Positions 15,888 through 23,874 of a stretch of DNA of 64,000 nt are shown piece after piece. Made by a program: the position numbers and the translations under genes. Below the pieces are notes generated by a model that was not told the origin of the DNA, did not search any database, and saw only the letters and a list, made by a program, of their open reading frames with translations. Every line of letters starts with the position of its first letter. The first letter of the stretch is position 1. This stretch comes from a virus: IMG/VR virus record IMGVR_UViG_3300027635_000001, positions 1 to 64,000 of that record; one strand, given 5' to 3'.

Positions 15888-16519
15888 GTTCGCTGCATGA
15901 CCGCGAGGAATTCAAACGCGGCCGGATTGGCGAGAGGATCGTTGCGCTGATCATGCGCAGCTGCGGATATTTCGTAATTCCGTCCTATGACTACGGCGGC
16001 TCTGACGGCAACAAGGCTCCGAAGATGCAGGGGCCTAAGCTGGCGCTTGTCATCCCTGATTTGGACATCGTCAGGGGCGGGAAACGGCACTGGGTCGAGG
16101 TCAAGACGAAGGATCATGCCGACTTCACGCGAATCACGGATCAGTTAGAGCATGGCATCGACCTTCGCCATTTCGAGCACTATCAGCGCGTCGAATCCGA
16201 AAGCGGTTGCGATGTTGTTGTTTCCGTATTCGAGGAATCCACGGGAGACGTGCTGGCGTCAACGCTTCGACGGATAGCGAAGGTTGGGCGCCTGTCTCCC
16301 CGCTTCAACTGCGGACGTGGTGGTTATTTCTGGCCTCGATCCGTGATGACGCAAATTGCTTCGGTGAGCAGGAACGGAGCCGTTTACGATATCTGCATCC
16401 TGGCGAGACTTGCCGCAAATCCTGGCTTCAGGTGGATTCCAATAAGGGAAGATTTTGAGGGCCTGAAATTTCGAGTTACTGATCGCCCACGCGGACAAGC
16501 TTCGCTGGTGGCCTCATGA
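15884..16519 (+). CDS. PD-(D/E)XK-like nuclease-fold protein, function unknown
   Basis: RIGERIVALIMRSCGYFVIP...LVIPDLDIVRGGKRHWVEVKTK fits a D-x(n)-E-x-K core. ATGA overlaps on both sides (Dam-type MTase upstream, C5-MTase downstream). Confidence 0.5.
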   Translation: MSSLHDREEFKRGRIGERIVALIMRSCGYFVIPSYDYGGSDGNKAPKMQGPKLALVIPDLDIVRGGKRHWVEVKTKDHADFTRITDQLEHGIDLRHFEHYQRVESESGCDVVVSVFEESTGDVLASTLRRIAKVGRLSPRFNCGRGGYFWPRSVMTQIASVSRNGAVYDICILARLAANPGFRWIPIREDFEGLKFRVTDRPRGQASLVAS

Positions 16520-17388
16520 CCGCCCTCCCCCGCATCGCCGCGAACCAGCGCCTGGCCGAGGATCGCAGGCCGCTCGCTGTGGACCTTTTCTGCGGCCTCG
16601 GCGGCTGGTCTGAGGGCTTGCTCGCAGAAGGCTGGGACGTCATCGGCTTCGACATCGAGCAGCACGTCTACGGCGAACATCGCTACCCCGCGCAGTTGGT
16701 CATTCAGGACGTACTGACGCTGCACGGATCGCAGTTCGGGGGCGCCAATCTGATTGTTTGCTCGCCGCCGTGTCAGGAATATTCGTACATGGCGATGCCT
16801 TGGTCGCGCGCGAAGGCGAAGGCCGCGGCGATCCGCGCCGACGCGACGGGCAAGGAACTAGAGCGGCTAAATCGTCTGTTCAACGCCTGCTTTCGGCTTC
16901 AACGCGAGGCTTGCGAGGCGGCTGGGCGGCATATTCCCATGGTGGTCGAGAATGTGCGTGGCGCGCAGGAATGGGTCGGCGCTGCGCGCTGGTCGTTCGG
17001 CTCGTTCATGCTTTGGGGCGATGTTCCCGCGCTCATGCCGGCTACGGTCAGGGCGAGCAAGGTTCCGGGATTCCGCTTCGACGGTAGCGGGCGTTCGTTT
17101 CAATCGGCGAGTGTTGCGGAAACCGGGATCAAGGGCGCGGGGCCGTCATGGGACGCCGCCAAGGGCTGCGGCGCCCACGGGATGGCGCGTTGGACCAACC
17201 CCGCCGAAGGCCGCAAAGGCGCAGGCGCAGGCGCAGGCGCAGAATGGTTCGATAAGAACCTATGTCAACTACCGAGCGCATCGCCGCGGCGCAAAGCCGC
17301 CAGCGCCATGATCGCGAAGATACCGGAGCCGCTCGCACGTTGGATCGCCCGTTGTTTCCTGCCGCGCGCATCGGAGGCCGCAGCGTGA
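16516..17388 (+). CDS. DNA (cytosine-5)-methyltransferase
   Basis: Motif I DLFCGLGGWS, motif IV CSPPCQEYS, motif VI MVVENV, in the standard order. Confidence 0.88.
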   Translation: MTALPRIAANQRLAEDRRPLAVDLFCGLGGWSEGLLAEGWDVIGFDIEQHVYGEHRYPAQLVIQDVLTLHGSQFGGANLIVCSPPCQEYSYMAMPWSRAKAKAAAIRADATGKELERLNRLFNACFRLQREACEAAGRHIPMVVENVRGAQEWVGAARWSFGSFMLWGDVPALMPATVRASKVPGFRFDGSGRSFQSASVAETGIKGAGPSWDAAKGCGAHGMARWTNPAEGRKGAGAGAGAEWFDKNLCQLPSASPRRKAASAMIAKIPEPLARWIARCFLPRASEAAA

Positions 17389-17663
17389 CCTACGACACAG
17401 CGGCCAGATCGGAAGCCAAGAAGGCGCAGTGGCGCGACCCCGCCATCAGGGCACGGTGGATCGCAGGCATGCTCGCGTCATGGGACGATCCCATGCGTTT
17501 GGCGCTAGCTCGCAAGGGGTTTCGGTGTGGTCACGCCGATATCGAGGATGACGCTCGGACAGCCCGCGGCGATGGATGCCGCCTTTGCACCCGCGAGCGT
17601 CAGAAGCGATGGCTGCGTCGCATGAAAGCTGCGGGCGTTGCGGGCGGGCGTGGGGAGGGCTGA
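17385..17663 (+). CDS. hypothetical small protein (92 aa, GTG start)
   Basis: GTGA overlap with the C5-MTase stop. Contains ...FRCGH...DGCRLCTRERQKRW (possible Zn site). The upstream part of the track ORF lies inside the MTase and is rejected. Confidence 0.4.
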   Translation: MTYDTAARSEAKKAQWRDPAIRARWIAGMLASWDDPMRLALARKGFRCGHADIEDDARTARGDGCRLCTRERQKRWLRRMKAAGVAGGRGEG

Positions 17664-18752
17664 ATGGGCGCTGTTTCTTCGATAGAATGGACCGAGGCGA
17701 GTTGGACTCCGATCCGCGCGCGCAACAAGGCGACAGGCAAGGTAGGCTGGCATTGCGAACATGTGACTTCTGGATGCGAGCATTGCTATAGCGAGTCGAT
17801 CAACAAGCGCCTCGGAACCGGACTGCCGTTCAAGCCAGGGCATCGCGGCGATATAGAAATTTTCCTCGACGAGACGATGCTGCTCGCGCCGCTGCGCTGG
17901 AAGCGGCCACGACGGATTTTCGTCTGCTCTATGACCGATCTATTCGCTGATTTCGTCTCAGACGAGTGGATCGATCGCGTCTTCGCGGTGATGGCGCTCG
18001 CGCCGCAGCACACTTTTCAGGTGCTCACGAAGCGCTCGGCGAGGATGCGCATCTATATCGATGACGACTGGACCGTCAATCGCGTCGGCGAGCAAATGTT
18101 CGATATCTCTCCACTCGATCGCTCTGCCCTCAATTGGCCGCTCCCGAACGTATGGCTCGGCGTCTCTGCCGAAGACCAGCGCCGCGCCGACGAGCGCGTG
18201 CCCGATCTGCTCGCGACCCCGGCCGCGGTGAGGTTCGTCAGCGCTGAGCCGCTGCTCGGGCCGATAGATTTCCGCGCCTTGGATTTAAAGCACGAAAAGT
18301 GGGTCAATCTGAAACTGGACGCGCTGACGGGCGCGCATTCTGGAATCGTGGCCGCGCCTCCGTACAAACCCGGATTTGAACTTGGCCCGTCGCTTCCCCA
18401 AAAACTTCCAGGTCTTGACTGGATCATAGTTGGTGGGGAGAGCGGACCGGGAGCAAGGCCCATGCATCCGGATTGGGCTGCTTCGATAAGAGATCAGTGC
18501 AGCAACGCATTTTGCCCGTTTTTCTTCAAGCAATGGGGCGCTTGGAAAAACGGCAGCGACTTTGCGCCAGACGCCAAGGCGGTCCTGCGCGACGGGCGCG
18601 TAATGGAGCCGACGCAGGAAGCCATGCGTAGGGCCGATCGCGATTCGCCAGTTCCGCCGCACCGACCGACGATGATGCGACTGGTCGGCAAGAAGGCTGC
18701 TGGTCGGGAGCTAGACGGCCGCACGCATGACGCCATGCCGGTGACGCCATGA
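17664..18752 (+). CDS. DUF5131 / phage Gp37-Gp68 family protein
   Basis: SSIEWTEASWTPIRARN...WHCEHVTSGCEHCYSE...IFVCSMTDLFAD...VLTKR matches the family N-terminus, including its three-Cys cluster. Confidence 0.8.
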   Translation: MGAVSSIEWTEASWTPIRARNKATGKVGWHCEHVTSGCEHCYSESINKRLGTGLPFKPGHRGDIEIFLDETMLLAPLRWKRPRRIFVCSMTDLFADFVSDEWIDRVFAVMALAPQHTFQVLTKRSARMRIYIDDDWTVNRVGEQMFDISPLDRSALNWPLPNVWLGVSAEDQRRADERVPDLLATPAAVRFVSAEPLLGPIDFRALDLKHEKWVNLKLDALTGAHSGIVAAPPYKPGFELGPSLPQKLPGLDWIIVGGESGPGARPMHPDWAASIRDQCSNAFCPFFFKQWGAWKNGSDFAPDAKAVLRDGRVMEPTQEAMRRADRDSPVPPHRPTMMRLVGKKAAGRELDGRTHDAMPVTP

Positions 18753-20200
18753 CCGTCTTCTCGATCGCCGCCGGGCGCGCGCCGGCCGATCCGCGGCCGA
18801 TGCCGGGAAGCGCGGATGCGGAGCAAGCCTTCCTCGGCGCCATGCTGGTGCAGAACGACGTCTACGCCCACGTCGCCGGCTTCCTCGCCGCCGAGCATTT
18901 CAGCGCCGAGATCAACCGCCGCGTCTTCACCATCGCCGCCGAGATGATCGGCTCCGGTCGGCTCGCGAGCCCGATCACGGTCCGCCCATACCTCGGCGAC
19001 CACGACCTCGGCTCCGGCACGACTTGGCCCGCCTATCTCGCGCGCCTCACGGCCGAGGCCGGGCCCCCGATCGCGGCGCGCGACTACGCCATGACGATCC
19101 GCGACCTCGCCGTCCGGCGGTCGATGATTGCTGCGGCGCGCGACCTCGAAGCGCAGGCCTACGACGCGCCGGTGGATATGCGGCCGGCGGAGATCGCGAG
19201 CGGGGCGCTGGATCGGCTCTCCGTGCTCTCCGAAGACCCATCCCAGACCAAGCGCGTCGCGGCTGGCGCCAGCGCGGCGAGGCTGGTCGCCCGGGCGCAA
19301 GAGATCATGTCCGGGGCGGAAGTCGCCAGCGGCGTCTCGACGGGCTTCACTGACCTCGACGATGCGACCGGAGGCTATCGGCCCGGGGCGTTATGGATCG
19401 TCGCCGGACGCCCGGGGATGGGAAAGTCGATCATAAGCGGGACCAGCGCGACGAAGGTTGCGAACAAGGGCAATGGCGTGCTCGTGTTCTCGCTCGAGCT
19501 CGCCGAGGAGGAGTTCGCCGCGCGGCTGCTCGCCGACCTCGCCTATAGCGCGCGGCGCCCGATCGCGTTCTCCCAGATCATGCGCGGCTCCCTCGACGAG
19601 GAGGAGTTGTGGACCGTCAGCGACGCCCAGCGCCGGCTCGAGCGAATGCCGCTGACGGTCGATTATTCTTCGAGGCTGTCTGCCGCGGAAATCAAGGCGC
19701 GGATCCACGTCGAGGGCAAAAGACTTCGAGCGCATGGCAAGCGGCTCGGCGTCGTGTTCGTCGACTATCTCAAGTTCGTCGCGGCGTCTGACAGATACAA
19801 GGGCAATCGGGTTTATGAAGTCGGCGAAATCAGCGCGGCGCTCAAAGCGGCGGCGAAAGACGAGGGCGTGTGCATCGTGCTGCTGGCGCAACTCAATCGG
19901 GCGCTCGAATCGCGAGAGGACAAGCGGCCTGGGCTTTCAGATTTGCGCGAGTCCGGCGACTTGGAGGCTGACGCGGATGTCGTCGCGTTCATCCATCGGG
20001 ATCACTACTATCTCGAAAAGGGCGTCAAGAGCCGATCGCCAGATGACGAGATGACGGTCAAGCTTGAGGAGTCGCGGAATCAGGCGGACCTAATCCTCGG
20101 TAAGAATCGAAGTGGGCCGTGCAAGACGATTCCGTTGTTCTGCAACGTCGGGTGTTCGACGATGGCGACGCGGAGTCAGTATGGGGAGGCGCCCTTCTAA
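18749..20200 (+). CDS. dnaB: replicative DNA helicase DnaB
   Basis: N-terminal DAEQAFLGAMLVQND..., Walker A GRPGMGKS, ...FVDYL..., LAQLNRALESREDKRPGLSDLRESGDLEADADVV. Confidence 0.92.
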   Translation: MTVFSIAAGRAPADPRPMPGSADAEQAFLGAMLVQNDVYAHVAGFLAAEHFSAEINRRVFTIAAEMIGSGRLASPITVRPYLGDHDLGSGTTWPAYLARLTAEAGPPIAARDYAMTIRDLAVRRSMIAAARDLEAQAYDAPVDMRPAEIASGALDRLSVLSEDPSQTKRVAAGASAARLVARAQEIMSGAEVASGVSTGFTDLDDATGGYRPGALWIVAGRPGMGKSIISGTSATKVANKGNGVLVFSLELAEEEFAARLLADLAYSARRPIAFSQIMRGSLDEEELWTVSDAQRRLERMPLTVDYSSRLSAAEIKARIHVEGKRLRAHGKRLGVVFVDYLKFVAASDRYKGNRVYEVGEISAALKAAAKDEGVCIVLLAQLNRALESREDKRPGLSDLRESGDLEADADVVAFIHRDHYYLEKGVKSRSPDDEMTVKLEESRNQADLILGKNRSGPCKTIPLFCNVGCSTMATRSQYGEAPF

Positions 20201-21480
20201 TGGCTCGCATTCGGAGCATCAAGCCGGAATTCTGGACTGACGAGAAGGTCGTTCATCTGCCGTTCGCGGCGCGCCTATTGTTCATAGGGATGTGGAATTT
20301 TGCCGACGACGAGGGGTTTCTCGAAAGCCAACCCGACCGGTTGAGATTGCAGATATTACCGAACGACGACGTCGACGTCGAGCTTTACGTCGACCTCCTA
20401 TGCGCAGCTGGACTGATCGATCGCATAGAACTTTCCGATGATCGCGAAATAATTTCAATCCCGAACTTCGCACGCCACCAAAAAATCTCTCACGTCACCA
20501 AAACCCGCTTTCCGGTAAACGCCGGAAAGAAGCGCATCATCCCTCTCGAAACGAGACGCTCGGTCGCCGTCAAGTACGGATGCAAGCCCGGAGGCGAGAA
20601 GGATGTGGAATGTTATTTCTGCGGAGCGAAGGGAAGCATCTGGTGGCCGACGACGAGAAAGGGGCGCCCATCGTCGTGGGTAGCGTTCTCCGGTGTGGAA
20701 TTGGATCATTTCATTCCGGAAAATACCGGAGGGACAGAAACCAATGAAAATATGGTCTTATCTTGCCGTTATTGCAACCGATCAAGGGGTAGCGGCGACG
20801 CTATCGGCTTTGCGCTCCGGAAAATACCGGAGGCTACAAAGAGCATTCCGGAAAATACCTGCTCAGTGAGCATTCCGGAAAATACCGGAGCGCTCCGGCC
20901 TGAAGGGAAGGGAAGGGAAGGGAAGGGAGAAGAGGATGAAAAGAAAGAATCCACTCTTGCTCATTCCGAATCCTCAGCCGCGCGAGAAGCCTCGACGAAA
21001 GAACGTGAAAAAGACGAAAGCTTGATTTCGAAATGCCGAAACTTGGTCGGCATGGAGCCGTGCAGCCAAGCTGAAGATTTTCACGAACTCGAGAGAATTG
21101 CTAGGGAAAACGGATGGACCGAAGTTGATATCCTCGCGGGGATAGCAACCGCCCTGCGCCGCGGAACCCAGCGCTTCAGCGCTTGGCAGAGTTTTGAGAA
21201 CTGGATCAGGAACGAGGTCAAGACCAGATTGGCGCGCATTCCCCGATCGGCTCAGCCCATCACCAGCGCACCCTCCGACGACCCGGTAATCGACCTTGGC
21301 GCCGTCCGAGACATCCAGTCGAAAATCGTCAACGCCATCCAGAAAATCGGGTGGGCGGGCTATGCCGGATGGGCGGAAACCGAGTTTGGCAGCGTCGAAA
21401 AATTCCGCGCCGCCATTGCCTCCCACGCCCCGCACCTGATGAAATTCTGGCCCGACGAACCGACGAGGGCGGTACGATGA
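20200..21480 (+). CDS. replication-initiator-like protein with central HNH motif and internal iterons
   Basis: The N-terminus MARIRSIKPEFWTDEKVVHLPFAARLLFIGMWNFADDEGF is a type I recall next to phage helicase genes. CYFCG...ELDHFIPENTGG...NMVLSCRYCNRSRG is an HNH. TAATG overlap with dnaB. Confidence 0.6.
   Translation: MARIRSIKPEFWTDEKVVHLPFAARLLFIGMWNFADDEGFLESQPDRLRLQILPNDDVDVELYVDLLCAAGLIDRIELSDDREIISIPNFARHQKISHVTKTRFPVNAGKKRIIPLETRRSVAVKYGCKPGGEKDVECYFCGAKGSIWWPTTRKGRPSSWVAFSGVELDHFIPENTGGTETNENMVLSCRYCNRSRGSGDAIGFALRKIPEATKSIPENTCSVSIPENTGALRPEGKGREGKGEEDEKKESTLAHSESSAAREASTKEREKDESLISKCRNLVGMEPCSQAEDFHELERIARENGWTEVDILAGIATALRRGTQRFSAWQSFENWIRNEVKTRLARIPRSAQPITSAPSDDPVIDLGAVRDIQSKIVNAIQKIGWAGYAGWAETEFGSVEKFRAAIASHAPHLMKFWPDEPTRAVR
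20714..20898 (+). repeat. four 17-bp iterons TTCCGGAAAATACCGGA (plus one partial copy)
   Basis: Copies at 20714-30, 20815-31, 20846-62 (variant ...CCTGC) and 20873-89, with a partial GCGCTCCGG at 20890-98. Each contains a TCCGG-N6-CCGGA dyad. Confidence 0.75.
20902..20950 (+). repeat. polypurine tract with (GAAGG)x5 pentanucleotide repeat
   Basis: GAAGGGAAGGGAAGGGAAGGGAAGGGAGAAGAGGATGAAAAGAAAGAA lies directly 3' of the iterons. Confidence 0.8.
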
Positions 21481-21656
21481 CCACGAAACGCCTACGCCGG
21501 GAATACCGCCGCCGCGCCGTCCAGTCGGTCGGTGATGCCCGCAAGAGGACGGGGCGCAAGGGTTGCGGATTTTCAAAAGCTTACGAGATCGGCATGCGGA
21601 AATACGGTTTCGCCAGACGACCAGAATCCTACGTGATCGACGAGTTGCTGCGATGA
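21477..21656 (+). CDS. hypothetical basic protein (59 aa)
   Basis: MTTKRLRREYRRRAVQ... ATGA overlap with the upstream stop. Confidence 0.4.
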   Translation: MTTKRLRREYRRRAVQSVGDARKRTGRKGCGFSKAYEIGMRKYGFARRPESYVIDELLR

Positions 21657-21880
21657 CCATTCCCCCCGATCAATCCGAACATCTCCGCAAATACGGCGCA
21701 ATCGACCACGCGCCGGTCCGCAAGCCCAAGCCGCGCGACCGGCTGTTCACCGACGCCGAGGTCGAGGAGATGCGCCAGTTCGAAGCGCTCAAGCTGACGG
21801 GGTATCTCGTCGGGCGCGAGTCTGAACCATGCGCGCCGATCGAGATCACGGCCGCATGCGATTTGGAGAAACTCGCCTGA
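21653..21880 (+). CDS. hypothetical protein (75 aa)
   Basis: MTIPPDQSEHLRKYGAIDHAP... ATGA overlap with the upstream stop. Confidence 0.45.
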   Translation: MTIPPDQSEHLRKYGAIDHAPVRKPKPRDRLFTDAEVEEMRQFEALKLTGYLVGRESEPCAPIEITAACDLEKLA

Positions 21881-22518
21881 TGCTCGCCACCCTCGACGCC
21901 GGCGGCCCCCGCGTCTCAGTCGACCGCACCGCGGCGCGGCTGTGGTACACGCTCAGCGTGATCCCGCAATCGCAAGCCCGCGTCTGCCAGCGCGCCCGCG
22001 AGCTCGGGATCGAAACCTACGCGCCGATGAGCCGCACGCCGCCAATGGTGCGCAAGTTCGGGCGCAAGCGCGTCGCCGAGGCTCAAGTGCGGCCGTTGAT
22101 GCCGGGGTATGTGTTCGTGTCGCTGCCGACCGTCGGCGCGAGGTTCGATGTGTTCGATCCCGCCAGTAGCGGCCCGGAGGCCATACGGGGCTCGCTGGGC
22201 TTCATCTGCGCGCGGCAGGGCGAATGGGACGAGCGGAGCCCGATGGCCGTCAGTGAGGCTGTAATCGCCAGCATGAGGCTACGTGAAGCGTCGGGAGAAT
22301 TCGACTTAACCGGCAAAACCGACCACGGCCGCCAATTCGTCGCCAAATGGGTAAAACGCGGCGTGCGGGTCCAAGTCGTGGAAAACTGCCCGTTCGCATA
22401 TTTTTTCGGCAGGATCGAGAGAGTCAGGAGCGCCAAGCTGATCACGGTCGCACTCACGCTTTTCGGCCGCGAAACGATGATGGACATGCCGTTGGATTTC
22501 ATCCGATGGGCTGGATAG
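21880..22518 (+). CDS. NusG-like (NGN + KOW) transcription antitermination factor
   Basis: LWYTLSVIPQSQARVCQRARELGIETYAPM...RPLMPGYVFVSL is NGN-like. The C-terminal GVRVQVVENCPFAYFFGRIERV...LFGRETMMDMPLDFI is KOW-like. It is the last gene before the late operon. Confidence 0.72.
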   Translation: MLATLDAGGPRVSVDRTAARLWYTLSVIPQSQARVCQRARELGIETYAPMSRTPPMVRKFGRKRVAEAQVRPLMPGYVFVSLPTVGARFDVFDPASSGPEAIRGSLGFICARQGEWDERSPMAVSEAVIASMRLREASGEFDLTGKTDHGRQFVAKWVKRGVRVQVVENCPFAYFFGRIERVRSAKLITVALTLFGRETMMDMPLDFIRWAG

Positions 22519-22740
22519 CCACTTGCGCCCGTGCAAAAAACATGCAAAAGGCGTCCGTCCATTCTGGGAAATAAACCGCTCGGCAATGACGACGGCCCAG
22601 ATTGAGCTCGGCTTGCGGGCCGGCAACGCATTGTCAAATTCGAATTCGGCGCGCGGGCTTAACGAGGTCCGATCTGGCGCAAGCGGGTCGGATCGAGCCG
22701 AACGGCAACGCCGGCTTGGACGCGCGCCGAGCCTTGGTGC

Positions 22741-22791
22741 GGGGGCGTGTTGGTCGGCAGCATCGTGGCAGTTCGAGTCTGCCCGCCCCAT
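22741..22791 (+). other. tRNA-like acceptor-stem + T-arm minihelix (no D or anticodon arm)
   Basis: GGGGGCG-(19 nt)-GGCAG-TTCGAGT-CTGCC-CGCCCCA-T. The T-arm is perfect, with a GTTCGAGTC-type loop. 6 of 7 acceptor pairs form. Only 19 nt occupy the place of roughly 40 nt of D and anticodon arms. Confidence 0.45.
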
Positions 22792-22941
22792 CCTAGCTGC
22801 TGATCGTCATAATCCCGCATCACACCCGCGATAAAGCCGCACATAATCGCCCATCGCGCAGGTGGCGGATAACAGCGCGAAGATGGCGGCGCGTGCAAAC
22901 CTCGTCGCGCGGGCGCCATCGTCAACCTCGAGGCGATTACC

Positions 22942-23481
22942 ATGTTCGGCCTCGTCACGAACTCCCAACTTCTCGCCAAGCTCAACGCGATCGCCGCGGG
23001 GCAGGCGACTCTGCTCGCCGACGTGCTGGAGATCATCAAGCTAGTCACTCCACCTGCAAGCGAGGCTGTGAAAATAAGGTTGGCTCTACCGACGATAACC
23101 AGAAAGGGTGTCATCATGGCAAACTATCCACTCCCGAATGACGAGGTCGTAACGATCGCGATTTTGACCGACGATCTCGCCGGCAATCCGGTCGCGCCGC
23201 CTCCAGGAGACACTTTCACGGTCGTATCGAGCATCCCGGCGAGCCTCGCTGCGACGGTGAATGGGACGAACGTCGTCATCAACGCCCTCGTCGCCGGGCA
23301 TCTCAACCCGCCTGCGCCGGCGGCTCCCGATCTGTTCATTACGGTCAGCGACAGCGCCGGGCTGCAAACCTTCGTCCAGGTCGTCGATATCGTCGCGGAT
23401 ACGGCGCCGAAGCAGATCACTCTCGACCTCGCCCACGCGACCGTGACCTCGCAGCCGGTTCCGACCGCGCCGGGGCCGTAA
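22942..23481 (+). CDS. hypothetical protein, C-terminal Ig-like-looking domain
   Basis: 179-aa ORF. ...VVTIAILTDDLAGNPVAPPPGDTFTVVSSIPASLAATVNGTNVVINALVAG...ITVSDSAGL resembles bacterial Ig-like repeats. Confidence 0.5.
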   Translation: MFGLVTNSQLLAKLNAIAAGQATLLADVLEIIKLVTPPASEAVKIRLALPTITRKGVIMANYPLPNDEVVTIAILTDDLAGNPVAPPPGDTFTVVSSIPASLAATVNGTNVVINALVAGHLNPPAPAAPDLFITVSDSAGLQTFVQVVDIVADTAPKQITLDLAHATVTSQPVPTAPGP

Positions 23482-23511
23482 GGCCAATTTCTACAGTAGA
23501 TTTAATTAGAA

Positions 23512-23874
23512 ATGGCCACCCGCGGAAAGAAGCCTGGAGCAAAAAAGACGGGTGGCCGCGTAGCTGGAACTCCGAACAAGGGTACTCGCGAAATCAAGGA
23601 GATAGCTCAACTCTACAGCCGCGAAGGCATAGAGCAGGCCGTCAAGATCATGCGGTCGCGCGCTCCAGCATCGGTTCGGCTTGTGGCTATCGAGAAAATC
23701 CTTGAGCGCGCCCACGGAAAGCCATCGCAGGCGCATCATCACTCTGGCGCCGTCGCTGTGGGCTCCTACGACTTGAGCAAGCTGCCGGATGACGAACTCG
23801 AGCGTGCATACGAGATTCTCAGCCGCGCCGCCACCGCCCCTCTCGGACTTCCTGGCGGAGATAGCGAGGCGTAA
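23512..23874 (+). CDS. putative terminase small subunit
   Basis: Basic N-terminus MATRGKKPGAKKTGGRVAGTPNKGTREIKE... then a helical region. It sits immediately upstream of TerL and overlaps it. Confidence 0.55.
   Translation: MATRGKKPGAKKTGGRVAGTPNKGTREIKEIAQLYSREGIEQAVKIMRSRAPASVRLVAIEKILERAHGKPSQAHHHSGAVAVGSYDLSKLPDDELERAYEILSRAATAPLGLPGGDSEA

Noticed and set aside
18494-19891. Minus-strand ORFs 18494..19300 and 19391..19891 inside DUF5131/dnaB
   Set aside because: Antisense to confidently identified genes; Arg/Gly/Asp-rich junk.
20714-20950. Iterons / GAAGG repeats as a CRISPR array
   Set aside because: Only 4 repeats of 17 bp with irregular spacing (101, 31, 27 bp), lying inside a coding frame. 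No cas genes.
22636-22650. AATTCGAATT palindrome in the late leader as a cos/pac site
   Set aside because: A single 10-bp AT palindrome with no supporting repeats. It cannot be distinguished from chance without end-mapping data.
1246-22791. The Ser-like 5' half (1246-1287) and the T-arm/acceptor minihelix (22741-22791) as two halves of one split tRNA
   Set aside because: The acceptor strands are not complementary (GGAAGGA versus CGCCCCA). The two elements are also on opposite strands.
22864-22873. GGCGGATAAC as an RfaH-type ops-like site for the NusG paralogue
   Set aside because: Only a partial match to the ops consensus GGCGGTAGNNTG as I recall it. A 5-6-nt GC-rich match is expected by chance.
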